Shown here: piece after piece, positions 62,689 to 64,000 of the stretch
How positions within the stretch are numbered: the first letter of the stretch is position 1
Layout: each line of letters opens with the position of its first letter
Assembly (NCBI GenBank): GCA_002104945.1
Contig: MCFH01000068.1
Span: forward strand, 124,001 to 188,000
DNA: 64,000 nucleotides
From: Piromyces finnis finn
Lineage: Eukaryota; Fungi; Neocallimastigomycota
Reading direction: 5' to 3'
Made by a program: the position numbers and the translations under genes
Notes under the pieces: model-generated
What the model saw: only the letters and a program-made list of their open reading frames with translations
Databases searched by the model: none
Told to the model about the DNA's origin: nothing

Positions 62689-63745
62689 AAGGCGACTGTT
62701 GTTTCCGTAGCTGAAGGAACTGATTTGAATGGGATGAAATGAGACATTTTAGTATGCCGATCGATAACAACAAAGATACAAGTAAAACCATTAGAGCAGG
62801 GAAGATCAGTAATAAAATCCATTGCGATGGAGGACCATGGTTTGTCAGCAATACTGAGAGGCTGTAGAAGCAAAGGTTGTATCGTTTCCTTTTTTCTTTT
62901 TCTTCTTTTGTAAGTGGACCATGAAACTTTCCTTTATGCCCGATAGTAGACACTTTACGGATAGTATCTTTTGAAAAATCCTTATTAGAACTTTGGCGAG
63001 TGGAACTATTTAAGTACTGTTTGGACGCAGAGATTCGAGAGTCTATTCTGGAGGAGATCGTTTGAAGAGCGAGTAAAGTTTTAGGCCCTGGAAACATCTC
63101 TAAAATTCTAGAAGCAACTTGATCATTAAGTCCGGCTATGAAGGCATCCATTTTTGCCTCCTCATTCCAGTTAGATTCTCCAGAGTATCGGTTAAACTCG
63201 AGAATATATTCTCTAATTTCACCAATACGTTTTTGTTTTAAGGTTCTAAGTTTTTGGTTTGCACAGAAAACAATATCTTCGCATCCATAAAAAGCTTCCA
63301 TTCTATTTATAAAGGCGGTGTAGTCTCCTAAGCATGGGTCGTGGTTATCAATTATTGTTGCTACCCAATTCATGGCATCACCGTATAATCTTGAGATTAG
63401 GTAGACTATTTTAGCCTCATCACTATTGTATCTATCAGGATAAAGCATGAAAATAAGTTCAAGTTTCGCCAAAAAGCCTTTGAGGTATCTACTGTCACCA
63501 GCAAATCCATCCTTGAGGGTGGCATCGTCGTAGTTACTTTGATGATTCATCTTCTTTTTCTTAAAAGATATTAAAATGAGCCGTTAAGTTCTATAATTCA
63601 ATAATTATTCAGATTAATCCAAGAGTATTTCTAAGAGTAGACAGAGAATAACCAAAAGTAAACAAAGAGTGCCAAGGAGTAAACAAAGAGTATCCAAAAG
63701 TAAACAAAGAGTATCAAGAGTAAACAAAGAATAACCAAAAGTAAA
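62689..63745 (-). pseudogene. Internally deleted Gypsy (gag joined to integrase core); host of Gypsy-2, continues at 56505-56569
   Basis: Gag 63550 onward cut at the knuckle (NLCFY), then LLQPLSIADKPWSSIAMDFITDLP..TVAF continuing as INNIFRLHGLPLEILSDR on the other side of the insertion. Confidence 0.9.
63640..63745. repeat. Short imperfect about 20-bp tandem repeat (AGTAAACAAAGAGT..) in the Gypsy leader
   Basis: About 5 visible units. Confidence 0.75.
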
Positions 63746-64000
63746 TATAAATCATTCACCCAAAAGGATATAAATTATTGTTTTAATTAAATTAAAATTA
63801 TTTTCCGGAATTAATTAACTTTATTTTATAATAATTATTTCAATAACATAACTTATAATCTTTGAATTAAAAGATTATAATTACTAATATTATATTCATT
63901 GAATTATATTATAATTAAGAAATAATTAATATTATGAATATATAAACAATAGTTATTTTTAATAATTAGTAATAAGTCTTAAGTTTAGCCTTAGTATTAA
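63745..64000 (+). repeat. LTR fragment of the 36171 family (runs off window)
   Basis: ATAAATCATTCACCCAAAAGGATATAAATTATTG... matches 36181 onward. Confidence 0.85.

Overview
Very AT-rich eukaryotic DNA. Composition and gene content suggest an anaerobic gut fungus (Neocallimastigomycota); this is inference. The window is mostly nested retroelements. There are four Ty3/Gypsy-type elements, at least two of them chromoviruses; one is intact with a 1454-aa ORF, matching 409-bp LTRs and an AAGGC TSD. There is one Ty1/Copia, several solo LTRs, two families of APE-type LINEs (here called A and B), and three copies of a tRNA-headed, poly(A)-tailed SINE. Three probable host genes lie between them: a bacterial-type GT-D fold glycosyltransferase, a spliced scaffoldin-like gene with an acidic (EPEVEI)n tail, and a tandem tubulin-tyrosine-ligase-like gene. 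The most notable signals are: (1) a Tf1-like self-priming signature in three divergent Gypsy families, where the 10-12 nt after the 5' LTR are complementary to a site about 40 nt downstream of the LTR TATA box; (2) a Copia PBS matching the anticodon arm of tRNA-Lys(CUU); (3) a fungal SINE whose 3' part derives from a LINE-A-related ORF end; (4) twin stop-containing LINE-A copies forming a 5.5-kb inverted repeat, each downstream of a LINE-B 5'UTR; (5) modular hairpin-rich LINE 5'UTRs. All coordinates and alignments were read by eye.
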